Below, piece after piece: positions 13,046 to 21,724 of a DNA stretch of 64,000 nt. The position numbers and the translations under genes were made by a program. The number at the start of each line of letters is the position of its first letter. The first letter of the stretch is position 1. The stretch lies in NCBI GenBank assembly GCA_903866255.1, contig CAIPMW010000029.1, positions 13,689 to 77,688 of the forward strand, read 5' to 3'. Source of the stretch: an uncultured Chlorobiaceae bacterium. GTDB lineage: Bacteria; Bacteroidota; Chlorobiia; Chlorobiales; Chlorobiaceae. The notes under the pieces were generated by a model. That model was not told the DNA's origin. It worked only from the letters and a program-made list of their open reading frames with translations, and searched no databases.

Positions 13046-15442
13046 ATGGAGCTGAAGAAAAGTGGCGAGCATTCCCCCGAGTTGCAACAGTTGCAGGAAG
13101 AAAACGCTCGCCTGAAAGCCCTCCTGACACTCCATAATATCCCTTGGGATGAACCTGTTGCGATCGAAACACCCTTGCTTTCCCCAGAAGTCTCTTTTCC
13201 ATCCCTCTCACCACGCTCTGCATCGGAAAAGGTTGCTCTCTTTCGCAGCTTTTTTCGTGGACGGAGTGACGTTTACCCACTTCGCTGGGAGTCTGCAAAA
13301 GGCAAGTCCGGGTACGCCCCTGCGTGCGGGAACGAATGGCGCACGGGTGTTTGCCAGAAGCCCCGGATCAAATGTGGAGATTGCAGCAACCGCCAGTTGT
13401 TGCCGCTTGACGAGCAGGTGATCTATCGCCATCTTGAGGGTCGGCATACTGTCGGCATTTTCCCGATGCTGGAGGACGATACCTGCTGTTTTCTGGTGGC
13501 GGATTTTGATGATGATGGTTGGCGAGAAGATGCCGTCGCATTCATGCAATCGTGCAGGGAGTTCACTATTCCTGTGGCGCTGGAGATATCCCGATCAGGT
13601 AACGGTGCTCATATCTGGTTCTTTTTTGCCGATCCGGTACCAGCACGTGAGGCGCGGCAACTTGGCGCATCCCTGATCAGCCACACTTGTGAGCGCACCC
13701 GTCAGCTTGCCATGGGAAGTTATGATCGCTTTATTCCCCTGCAGGATACACTGCCCAAGGGTGGTTTCGGTAACCTGATTGCGCTGCCATTGCAGGGAGA
13801 GCCCCGAAAAAAAGGATTCACTGTTTTTGTTGATGAGAACCTTCTCCCTTACCCGGATCAATGGGAATATCTTGCATCAATTCAGAAAATCTCCCGCTTT
13901 GAACTGGACACAACTCTTTTGAGTGTCAGTGGTGGTCGCCATCCGCTTGATATTGCCTTTATTGCTGAAGAGGATGAAAAGGAGCCTTGGAAACGCTCGT
14001 TACAGCATACCAGCGCGATATCAGGCCCCTTGCCGGAATCTCTCACACTCGTGCTTGGCAATCAGATCTTTATCGCCAAGGCTGATCTCCCGCGAGCGCT
14101 GGCCAACAGCTTGATCCGTCTTGCAGCTTTTCAGAACCCCGAATTTTACAAGGCCCAGGCGATGCGTCGCTCGGTCTGGGAGATACCGCGTGTTATTGGT
14201 TGCGCCGAGAATTTTGCATTGCATATAGGTCTGCCGAGGGGATGCCTTGATGCAGTGACAGGACTGCTCAAACAGCACAATATCAGGGTGACTATTCAGG
14301 AAGAGCGCATCACAGGTTCTGAGATAACGGTCAAGTTTGCCGGTGCGTTGAGAAACGATCAACAAACGGCGGTCAATGCGATGTTGAACCATGAGGTTGG
14401 CATTCTCTCCGCCCCAACGGCATTCGGCAAAACAGTCATGGCTGCGGCGATAATTGCCCGACGAAAGGTAAGCACTCTGATTCTTGTTCATCGTACTGAG
14501 CTGCTTCGCCAATGGCAGGAACGGTTAACCAGCTTTCTGGATCTCTCCGGCATTACTCTTGGCTTGATTGGCGGGGGCAAGAAAAAGCCGACCGGCACTA
14601 TTGATATTGCCGTCATGCAGTCGCTTTCACGGCGTGATGATCTTGCAGAACTTCTCGACCGGTATGGCCAGATTATTGTTGATGAGTGCCATCACCTCTC
14701 TGCTGTCTCATTTGAGGCCATTCTGAAACAAGCCAAAGCAAAATATGTCCTTGGATTAACGGCCACGCCGATTCGCCGCGATGGTCATCAGCCGATCATC
14801 TTCATGCAGTGCGGCCCGGTACGCTACCGTGCGCTTCAGGCCGAAAATGCCCCGGTTAGACTGGAGGTGTGGCCGCTCAACATGCTTGCGCCTCCGATTC
14901 CACCAGAATCTGCTATTCAGGAGCTTTTCTGGATTCTTGCTCACGATGCTGCACGAAACCAGCGCATTGCAGAAGATATTTTGGCGGCATATCGTGAAGG
15001 GCGAAAGATACTTGTGTTGACAGAGCGGACCGAGCAACTGCAACTCTTGCGTGACAATCTTGGAGAACATCTCACCAATATCTTTCTGTTGCATGGGCGG
15101 TTAACCAAAAAACAGCGTTCGGCGACACTTTCGGAGCTGAATGAACTGGATGGTTCAGCTCCACGCATTATTCTGGCGACAGGGCGTCTTATTGGGGAGG
15201 GTTTTGATCATCCTCCTCTTGATACCATGGTGCTCGCTATGCCTATCTCCTGGAAAGGGACATTACAGCAATATGCGGGGCGCCTGCACAGGGAACATGC
15301 CAGCAAGCAGGATGTACGCATTTACGATTACATCGAGCACGATAATGTGCAGCTTGCGCGAATGTGGCAAAAACGCTATCATGGTTATCAGGCAATGGGG
15401 TATCGTGTCAGGCCCCGTCATTTAGAGCTTCAACCATCATAA
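13046..15442 (+). CDS. Archaeo-eukaryotic primase-like domain + SF2 (ResIII/DEAD-like) helicase fusion (TOTE-AEP type)
   Basis: N-term C..W...C..PRIKC.DC Cys cluster, ADFD and SRSGNGAHIW AEP motifs; C-term APTAFGKT, DECHH, GLTAT, TGRLIGEGFD, QYAGRLHR helicase motifs. Confidence 0.85.
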   Translation: MELKKSGEHSPELQQLQEENARLKALLTLHNIPWDEPVAIETPLLSPEVSFPSLSPRSASEKVALFRSFFRGRSDVYPLRWESAKGKSGYAPACGNEWRTGVCQKPRIKCGDCSNRQLLPLDEQVIYRHLEGRHTVGIFPMLEDDTCCFLVADFDDDGWREDAVAFMQSCREFTIPVALEISRSGNGAHIWFFFADPVPAREARQLGASLISHTCERTRQLAMGSYDRFIPLQDTLPKGGFGNLIALPLQGEPRKKGFTVFVDENLLPYPDQWEYLASIQKISRFELDTTLLSVSGGRHPLDIAFIAEEDEKEPWKRSLQHTSAISGPLPESLTLVLGNQIFIAKADLPRALANSLIRLAAFQNPEFYKAQAMRRSVWEIPRVIGCAENFALHIGLPRGCLDAVTGLLKQHNIRVTIQEERITGSEITVKFAGALRNDQQTAVNAMLNHEVGILSAPTAFGKTVMAAAIIARRKVSTLILVHRTELLRQWQERLTSFLDLSGITLGLIGGGKKKPTGTIDIAVMQSLSRRDDLAELLDRYGQIIVDECHHLSAVSFEAILKQAKAKYVLGLTATPIRRDGHQPIIFMQCGPVRYRALQAENAPVRLEVWPLNMLAPPIPPESAIQELFWILAHDAARNQRIAEDILAAYREGRKILVLTERTEQLQLLRDNLGEHLTNIFLLHGRLTKKQRSATLSELNELDGSAPRIILATGRLIGEGFDHPPLDTMVLAMPISWKGTLQQYAGRLHREHASKQDVRIYDYIEHDNVQLARMWQKRYHGYQAMGYRVRPRHLELQPS

Positions 15443-15445
15443 ACT

Positions 15446-15823
15446 ATTGCAGAATAAGGTGAATGGCATCGTAAGGGCGCAACTCTCAGCGATGTTACGG
15501 CACTGAAGGAGTACGGTGTAGACTATACTTTCATTGTGAATGGTATTTCTGCAGGCAAGCTGGCATACCGGGAGGGGAATATGTAGGGCAATCCCTGGTT
15601 GAGGGTATTGAGAGGGCAGTTGGAACAGTTAATCACCGAAAAGTTTGGCGCTGATTATTTGGTGGAGCAAAACCGCCAGACTGAATTGCGGGTGATCAAA
15701 AAAGAGATGACGGTAATGAAGAAGAGATTGAAAGAACTGGAGGCCAGAAAAGCCGAGCTTGAGGTGGCTTTGATGAAGGCGGACATATTGCCTGATGAAG
15801 GTGAAATGGGTTTATCGGTATAA
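15446..15823 (+). pseudogene. Hypothetical coiled-coil protein pseudogene (two in-frame stops, no ATG)
   Basis: Frame reads IAE*GEWHRKGATLSDVTALKEYGV...REGNM*GNPWLRVLRGQLEQ...; TAA 15455-57 and TAG 15584-86; ORF track caught only 15599-15823. Confidence 0.6.
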
Positions 15824-16012
15824 TTTTATTGTGCCATATTTTTGTCCCCAGAACTTCTGCTGTAATAATCATAAAAAAAATGTAAGTTTGATCCGCTGCG
15901 GTATTGAATGCAGCCCAAGAGCAATGGAGTGACGAACAGAGTCACTGTCATGAAACGCATCAACAGGATAGAATAAGTTGTACCAAATCTTTTAGGCAAA
16001 TGGAGACCGAGT

Positions 16013-17962
16013 ATGGCACTGCATGTGTTTGTCGTCATGCCCTTCGGTGTTAAGGGTGGGATTGATTTCGATAAGGTGTACAGCGATTACATTAAACCCG
16101 CATTGGAAGGAGAAGGCTATGAGGTATTCCGTGCGGACGAAGAGCGCCGCGGAGGAGATATTCTGACAGATATGTTCCAAGAGCTCCTTCTGGCTGATTT
16201 GGTTGTAGCAGACCTTTCCATTGATAACCCGAATGTCTGGTATGAACTGGGTGTGCGGCACGCCCTGAGAGCGCGTGGTATTGTGCTCATTCAGACTCAA
16301 CGGAACTATCAGCCTTTTGATATCTATACCAATCGGAAGCTGCAATACCACATTAAAGATAGTATTCCTGATCCGAAATGTATTGAATCAGACAAAACAG
16401 CTCTTGCCAAAATGGCCAGGGAGACGATGGAATCATGGCGTGGACTCAAGATAAGCCCGGTTTATCAGTTGATTCCGAATCTGCAGGAAAACGAGTGGAA
16501 GTCCTTGCGAATGGGCAACGTACGTGAGTTCTGGGAGAAGCATGATGACTGGGAAGTGCGTGTCAAAACTGCACAGAGAAACAGGTATCCGGGAGATATT
16601 ATTGTGCTGGCTGAAGAAGCGCCTGTTCATGTGCTGCAACTTGAAACATATCGCAAGGCTGGAAAATCACTTGCCTTGCTTGGTCAATTTGCTTTTGCCC
16701 GTGAACAGTACAAAAAAGCATTAGCCATAGATTCCGAAGATCTTGAGAGTCAGCAGCAAACAGGGATAATTCTTGGCCGATTACAAAAGTATGTTGAGGC
16801 ACGGGTATATATGGAAAAATTGGTTAATGATAATCCCGGGGACGCAGAGTCGCTTGCACTTCTTGGGCGGGTCGAAAAAGATGCCTGGACAGGGTCGTGG
16901 AGAAAGGAGGGACGGTCAGTAACTGAGATGCAAAAGGAGCCTGTCCGAGCCAAAGCACTCCTTCGGGAGGCGATCAAAGCGTACGCAAAAGCCTTTATAA
17001 TGAAACCGGATCATTATTATTCAGGCATCAATGCAGTAACCCTTATCAGACTTTTGTATCACTTGACTGGAGATGAAAGTATGCTTGCGGAATGCAAGGA
17101 GATGGAGGGGGGCATTCGCTGGACTCTTAAAAGTGCCCTGTCAAAAGAGACCATGCATAACAAAGATTACTGGGCAAGGGTTACACTTGGTGATCTTGAT
17201 CTGCTTGTTTCTGAGCAGAGTATTGTTGAGCAATCATACTGTGATGCCGTTATTGCGGCTGATAACTGGTTCTCTCTCGACTCATCCCGCCAGCAGCTCC
17301 ATCTCCTGCGTGATTTGGGATTTCGCCCCGAAGTGGTTACTTCCGTACTTGATATTTTTGATCACGCCATTGACAAATTTAAAGCTCCGATCAACCCGCG
17401 CCAGGTGTTCCTCTTCAGTGGTCACATGATTGATGCACCAAATCGGCCGACTCCTCGTTTTCCGGCGGAAAAGGAGCCCGTAGCGGCACAAAAAATTGCT
17501 GATGCACTTGATCAACTTGGAGCAGGACCGGGTGATCTTGCCCTTACCCAGGGCGCCTGTGGTGGTGATCTTCTTTTTACGGAAGCCTGTCTGAAACGCG
17601 GGGTGAAGGTGGACTGGTTGCAACCGTTTCACGAAGCTGAATTCATTCAGAATTCTGTTATCTGTTGTGCGGAAGAGTGGCGCAAACGCTATTTTGATGC
17701 GAAGTCGGGACGTGAGGATTCCATTCGATCTGCTCCAGACGCCCTTGGTGAAATGCCATCGGGAGCCAAGCCGGGTTATCCCTACGAGCGCTGCAACCTC
17801 TGGCTTTTTTATACTGCACTCTCCTACGGAATCGACAAGGTGCGCTTTATCTGTTTATGGAATGGTGGTGGAGGCGATGGCCCTGGCGGGACCGCGCACA
17901 TGTATAACGAAGTAATGCAAAGGACAGGGCAGGTAACATGGATAGACACCCGGAAGATATAG
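16013..17962 (+). CDS. Nucleoside-deoxyribosyltransferase-like + TPR (DUF4071/TPR-S-like) + SLOG-like multidomain protein
   Basis: N-term FVVMPF...RADE...ADLVVADLS..NPNVWYELG; TPR-like helices with YSGINA..L and DYW..VTLG; C-term FSGHMID..RFP, GACGGDLLF, W.G..GDGPGGTAHM. Confidence 0.75.
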   Translation: MALHVFVVMPFGVKGGIDFDKVYSDYIKPALEGEGYEVFRADEERRGGDILTDMFQELLLADLVVADLSIDNPNVWYELGVRHALRARGIVLIQTQRNYQPFDIYTNRKLQYHIKDSIPDPKCIESDKTALAKMARETMESWRGLKISPVYQLIPNLQENEWKSLRMGNVREFWEKHDDWEVRVKTAQRNRYPGDIIVLAEEAPVHVLQLETYRKAGKSLALLGQFAFAREQYKKALAIDSEDLESQQQTGIILGRLQKYVEARVYMEKLVNDNPGDAESLALLGRVEKDAWTGSWRKEGRSVTEMQKEPVRAKALLREAIKAYAKAFIMKPDHYYSGINAVTLIRLLYHLTGDESMLAECKEMEGGIRWTLKSALSKETMHNKDYWARVTLGDLDLLVSEQSIVEQSYCDAVIAADNWFSLDSSRQQLHLLRDLGFRPEVVTSVLDIFDHAIDKFKAPINPRQVFLFSGHMIDAPNRPTPRFPAEKEPVAAQKIADALDQLGAGPGDLALTQGACGGDLLFTEACLKRGVKVDWLQPFHEAEFIQNSVICCAEEWRKRYFDAKSGREDSIRSAPDALGEMPSGAKPGYPYERCNLWLFYTALSYGIDKVRFICLWNGGGGDGPGGTAHMYNEVMQRTGQVTWIDTRKI

Positions 17963-19338
17963 CTGATGCCGACAACGTATCGGCATCAACTGCCAGTGCT
18001 GCTCATGTTCGTGCGCCAAAGCGAAATTTTGCATCTCGTCTCTTTGAATACGACATCTTTCTCTCTTTCGCCCTCGGTCCTCCGCCGCGAGGAACGCGTA
18101 GCTATGCTTCAGATCTTGCCCGTCGCCTGAGCGAGCGTGACTTTACAGTTTTCTTCAGCGAGACGGAAGCTGCGCCTGGCGAGCATCTTGACACTACCCT
18201 GCGCACTGCTTTGCATCGTTCAAAATGTCTGGTCGTGATTGCAAATCGTGGGACTTTGAAGGATCCGCGATGGGTGAGCAAGGAGGTTGAGGAATTTCGA
18301 AAGAAGCATCCAAAACGTCCGGTGATTATCATCAATGTTGGTGGAGCGCTTCAAGATCCATTACTTGCATCCAGTGCGCAGGAGTGGCTTGATCAACAGG
18401 AACGGATATGGCTTGACGAGTCGGAAGAGAGTGTGAAAACGGGGATTGTAAGTGAACAGCTTGTTGAACGTCTTGCTACAGCACCAGAAAAAGCCAGATC
18501 GAACGTAAAGTGGCGGCGGCTTGTGGGGGGGGTTCTTGCTTTTTTTTGTATGATGATCATTTTGTTATGGGTTTTGTACAACAAGGAAACCAAAGCGACT
18601 GCCAGTGCCCGTGCCAGTCGCGACTCTACTCGTGCGGCATTGAGGGTGACCAAGGTCGCACGAGATTCTACAGGCAAGGCATTGACTGTGGTCAAGATAG
18701 CACGGGATTCTACTCAAACAGCACTAAAGGATGCCAAAGAGGCGACGAATCGGGCAAATAGTGAAGCAGAACATGCTATGCAACAGACTGTTAAAGCAAA
18801 AGAGGCTCAGAGACAAGCCGAAGTGCTAAGTGAAATAGTCATCAAAGCAGATTCGCCAGATACGCTTCGAAAAATATTTAACAGAGAGGCGAAGTTCCCA
18901 TTCAATAAAAGCGAGTTTGGCAAGCAATATACCGAAGACCTTTTGAAGGCTGTTCTTGTTAAACTCAAGCTTCTTGGTTTTCATGGCAAAATTATATTTG
19001 AGGGTCATGTAGGTGAATTTTATCAGATTAGCCGTAAGGGTGCCCAGAATGGCGAACTCGAGCTCGCCACAAACGAGAAACTGAAGCACTTAAATCGAGG
19101 AGATACTGCGGGGCCAGGTGTAACTAGTGAATGGGCTTTGATGTTTGGGCATAGCTTGGCGGCCACAGTGAAAGAAATCGCGCGTCCTCTCGGGTTGAAA
19201 AATGTACAGACAGTATCTATGGGAGAGGAAAGGCCAATCGTCGAATATCCAAAGAGCAAAAGAGATGCAGATAAATGGAACCGTATTGCGGCACAAAACA
19301 ATTGTGTCTGGATGGTGTTGGATTCTGATACCAAATAA
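17938..19338 (+). CDS. TIR domain - TM helix - coiled coil - OmpA/Pal-like C-terminal domain protein
   Basis: YDIFLSF...LVVI...WVSKEVEEF TIR; hydrophobic LVGGVLAFFCMMIILLWVLY; Ala/Lys-rich coil; C-term F.F.KS...EGHV...VSMGEERP...AQNN.V. Confidence 0.75.
   Translation: MDRHPEDIADADNVSASTASAAHVRAPKRNFASRLFEYDIFLSFALGPPPRGTRSYASDLARRLSERDFTVFFSETEAAPGEHLDTTLRTALHRSKCLVVIANRGTLKDPRWVSKEVEEFRKKHPKRPVIIINVGGALQDPLLASSAQEWLDQQERIWLDESEESVKTGIVSEQLVERLATAPEKARSNVKWRRLVGGVLAFFCMMIILLWVLYNKETKATASARASRDSTRAALRVTKVARDSTGKALTVVKIARDSTQTALKDAKEATNRANSEAEHAMQQTVKAKEAQRQAEVLSEIVIKADSPDTLRKIFNREAKFPFNKSEFGKQYTEDLLKAVLVKLKLLGFHGKIIFEGHVGEFYQISRKGAQNGELELATNEKLKHLNRGDTAGPGVTSEWALMFGHSLAATVKEIARPLGLKNVQTVSMGEERPIVEYPKSKRDADKWNRIAAQNNCVWMVLDSDTK
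18607..18732 (+). repeat. Three degenerate 42-nt (14-aa) tandem repeats, RDST core
   Basis: R-D-S-T codons at 18619, 18661 and 18703, exactly 42 nt apart. Confidence 0.8.
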
Positions 19339-19433
19339 GCTGTGCAATGGTGTCGAGGGAGATTTAGTTCATCGTGCAGTGCTGCGGTCTGCCAATTCCG
19401 CCAGACAAATAACCGCATAATCGCTGATAAACC

Positions 19434-20601
19434 ATGAACGAAAAGCTTGTTGCTCGTTTGCAATCTCCAGGCCCCAAAAGGTTGCTTGCTCTTGATGGTG
19501 GGGGAATACGCGGGGTATTGACACTTGAATTTCTCGAACGTATCGAGGCAATTCTTGCCGGTCGCAGTGGCAAACCTGAACAATTCCGTCTCAGCGATTA
19601 CTTTGACCTTATCGGCGGAACTTCCACTGGTTCTATTATCGCAGCAATGCTTGCCTGTGGTCGCAGTGTGACTGAAATCAAGAAGCTGTATGAAGAGTTG
19701 GCAGAAAAAGTGTTCAAGCGCCGTCTCTGGAGAAGGAGAGGTGTTTTTGTTGCTAAATTTCCCGCAAAGCCGCTTCGTGATGCATTGGAGCTTTATCTTG
19801 GAGAGAAGACTACTCTGGGAAGTGACAAGATTCTGACAGGTCTCATGGTCATGACCAAACGTCTTGATACCGGAAGCCCTTGGCCTTTGCACAATTGTCC
19901 CAACGGCCCATTCTATGATCCAGATCCATGGAATTCCGAGGCCACAGCCAACAAGGATTATTTGCTTGCTGCGATTGTTCGTGCAAGTACCGCCGCGCCC
20001 AGCTTTTTCAAGCCAGAGCGTATCAGTGTTGCAAACAAGCCGAATGGAGAAAAGGTGGATGGTCTTTTTGTCGATGGTGGTGTCAGTCCGTCGAATAATC
20101 CGGCACTCCAGTTACTCATGCTTGCAGCACTCAAAGGTTATGGATTTCTTTGGCCTCTCGGAGCTGAAAATATGTTGTTCGTCTCTGTTGGCACCGGATC
20201 ATTTCCTTTCAAGCTACAATCCTGCAAAGTGGTTGCACAAACTTCCAGCCAATGTAGCACTCTACTCGTTGAAGGGGCTTATAGACGACTGTGATAATTT
20301 TGCCCAGACCATGCTCCAGTGGATGGCACAAACCACAACCCCATGGATGATCGACAGTGAAATCGGCAATCTGCGTAGTGATCAGCTTGGTCGAGAAGAG
20401 TTGATTACCTACTTGCGCTATAATGTGAAATTTGACGAGCATTGGCTGCAACAGAATTTTAAAAAGGGTTTCAACAAAGCGAAGGTCAAGGAGTTTGAAG
20501 AGATGGATAAGTTTGCAAACATTGCTGAACTCTCAGTTGTGGGTCGAAGGTCCGCACAGGTACAGGTACGTGAAAGCCACTTTCCGAGCTCTTTTGACTA
20601 A
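19434..20601 (+). pseudogene. Patatin-like phospholipase split by a +1 frameshift
   Basis: DGGGIRG, GGTSTG, VDGGV motifs in the 19434 frame; C-terminal third (TTPWMIDSEIG, YLRYN, EMDK) continues in the 19864 frame after about 20200-20230. Confidence 0.85.
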
Positions 20602-20636
20602 TCGTAGACTCTATCCGCTCAAACAAAAAGAAGATT

Positions 20637-21383
20637 ATGACCCCATTTGCTCTGAACGACGTTTCGATTTATGTTGAAGCGAGCATCGGCACCTTGAACC
20701 AGAAAAGAGTAACTGTTCTTAAAACATTGAGCCTTTCCGAACTGCTGAAACAACAAAATCCATATCGCTTGAGTTTAAAACCTGCTCAGACAATCACCGA
20801 TATTGTCAAAGGGCTGGTTGATGCCCATATCTCGTCAAACGAGGAGACTGTTTTTGGTGACTGGCTGGAGGGGCTGGCCATATTTATCAACGGCAAGGTT
20901 TATGGTGGCTGGAAATCCGGTATTCCCGGAGTCGATCTTGAGTTTGACAACGATGGGAAGCGCTTCATCGTCAACATCAAATCAGGCCCGAATTGGGGAA
21001 ACGGCAGTCAGATTGCCAAGATGAAGTCCGACTTCAAAACAGCGGCAAAAACTCTTCGCACCAGTAATTCAGGGATTCAGGTTGTTGCGGTCAATGGATG
21101 CTGTTACGGAAAGAGCAATACTCCCGATCAGGGCGACTATTTCAAATACTGTGGTCAGACCTTTTGGGAGTTTATCTCGTCAGATCCAAATCTTTACACC
21201 GACCTTATCGATCCATTGGGGCACACAGCAAAGGAGAGAAATGATGAATTTTGTCACTCTTATGCGCAGATGATCAACAAGTTTACTCAGCAATTTGGTG
21301 TGGAGTATTGTGAGGCCAACGGAGCAATTAACTGGAAAAAGCTGGTAGAGTTCAACTCGTCCGCAGGAAGGTGGTCTCAATAG
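20637..21383 (+). CDS. Type II restriction endonuclease-like protein (PmeII/EcoO109I-like)
   Basis: SSNEETVFGDWLEGLAIF, GVDLEF, IKSGPNWGN.SQI, NGCCYG, KYCGQ.FWEFIS motifs recalled for this family. Confidence 0.75.
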   Translation: MTPFALNDVSIYVEASIGTLNQKRVTVLKTLSLSELLKQQNPYRLSLKPAQTITDIVKGLVDAHISSNEETVFGDWLEGLAIFINGKVYGGWKSGIPGVDLEFDNDGKRFIVNIKSGPNWGNGSQIAKMKSDFKTAAKTLRTSNSGIQVVAVNGCCYGKSNTPDQGDYFKYCGQTFWEFISSDPNLYTDLIDPLGHTAKERNDEFCHSYAQMINKFTQQFGVEYCEANGAINWKKLVEFNSSAGRWSQ

Positions 21384-21724
21384 TGTGTCTACCGCGATAT
21401 TACTCCTTTATGGCTGCATCTACTACTTGTGGATATACCAGTCAAATGCACTTTCAAAATAGGAAAAATATAAAAAGCATTGTATTTCTGATTCAGAAAA
21501 TGATAATTTGCCTTGTAAAAATCATTCAGGTGTCTAATAGAGAGTTGTACGAGATCAAGCACACGGGTAATTTCATCGCTTTTAGCCATATTGCGAAAAA
21601 GAAAGGGGCGTTGCAGGTTTTCAAGGAGTTTGCCTTCAAACATGAATGGGCTTTTGCAGCACCATGGCAATTTTTCGACGCATCAGCATTGAAAACCTGA
21701 CAAATGGATTGATCGTACACATGA

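Noticed and set aside
15440-15600. Stop-codon readthrough fusing the helicase to the downstream ORF
   Set aside because: Would need three readthroughs; simple pseudogenisation is more parsimonious
21371-21720. Three overlapping short ORFs at the right edge of the island
   Set aside because: No motifs, mutually overlapping, AT-rich; cannot support a gene or IS remnant
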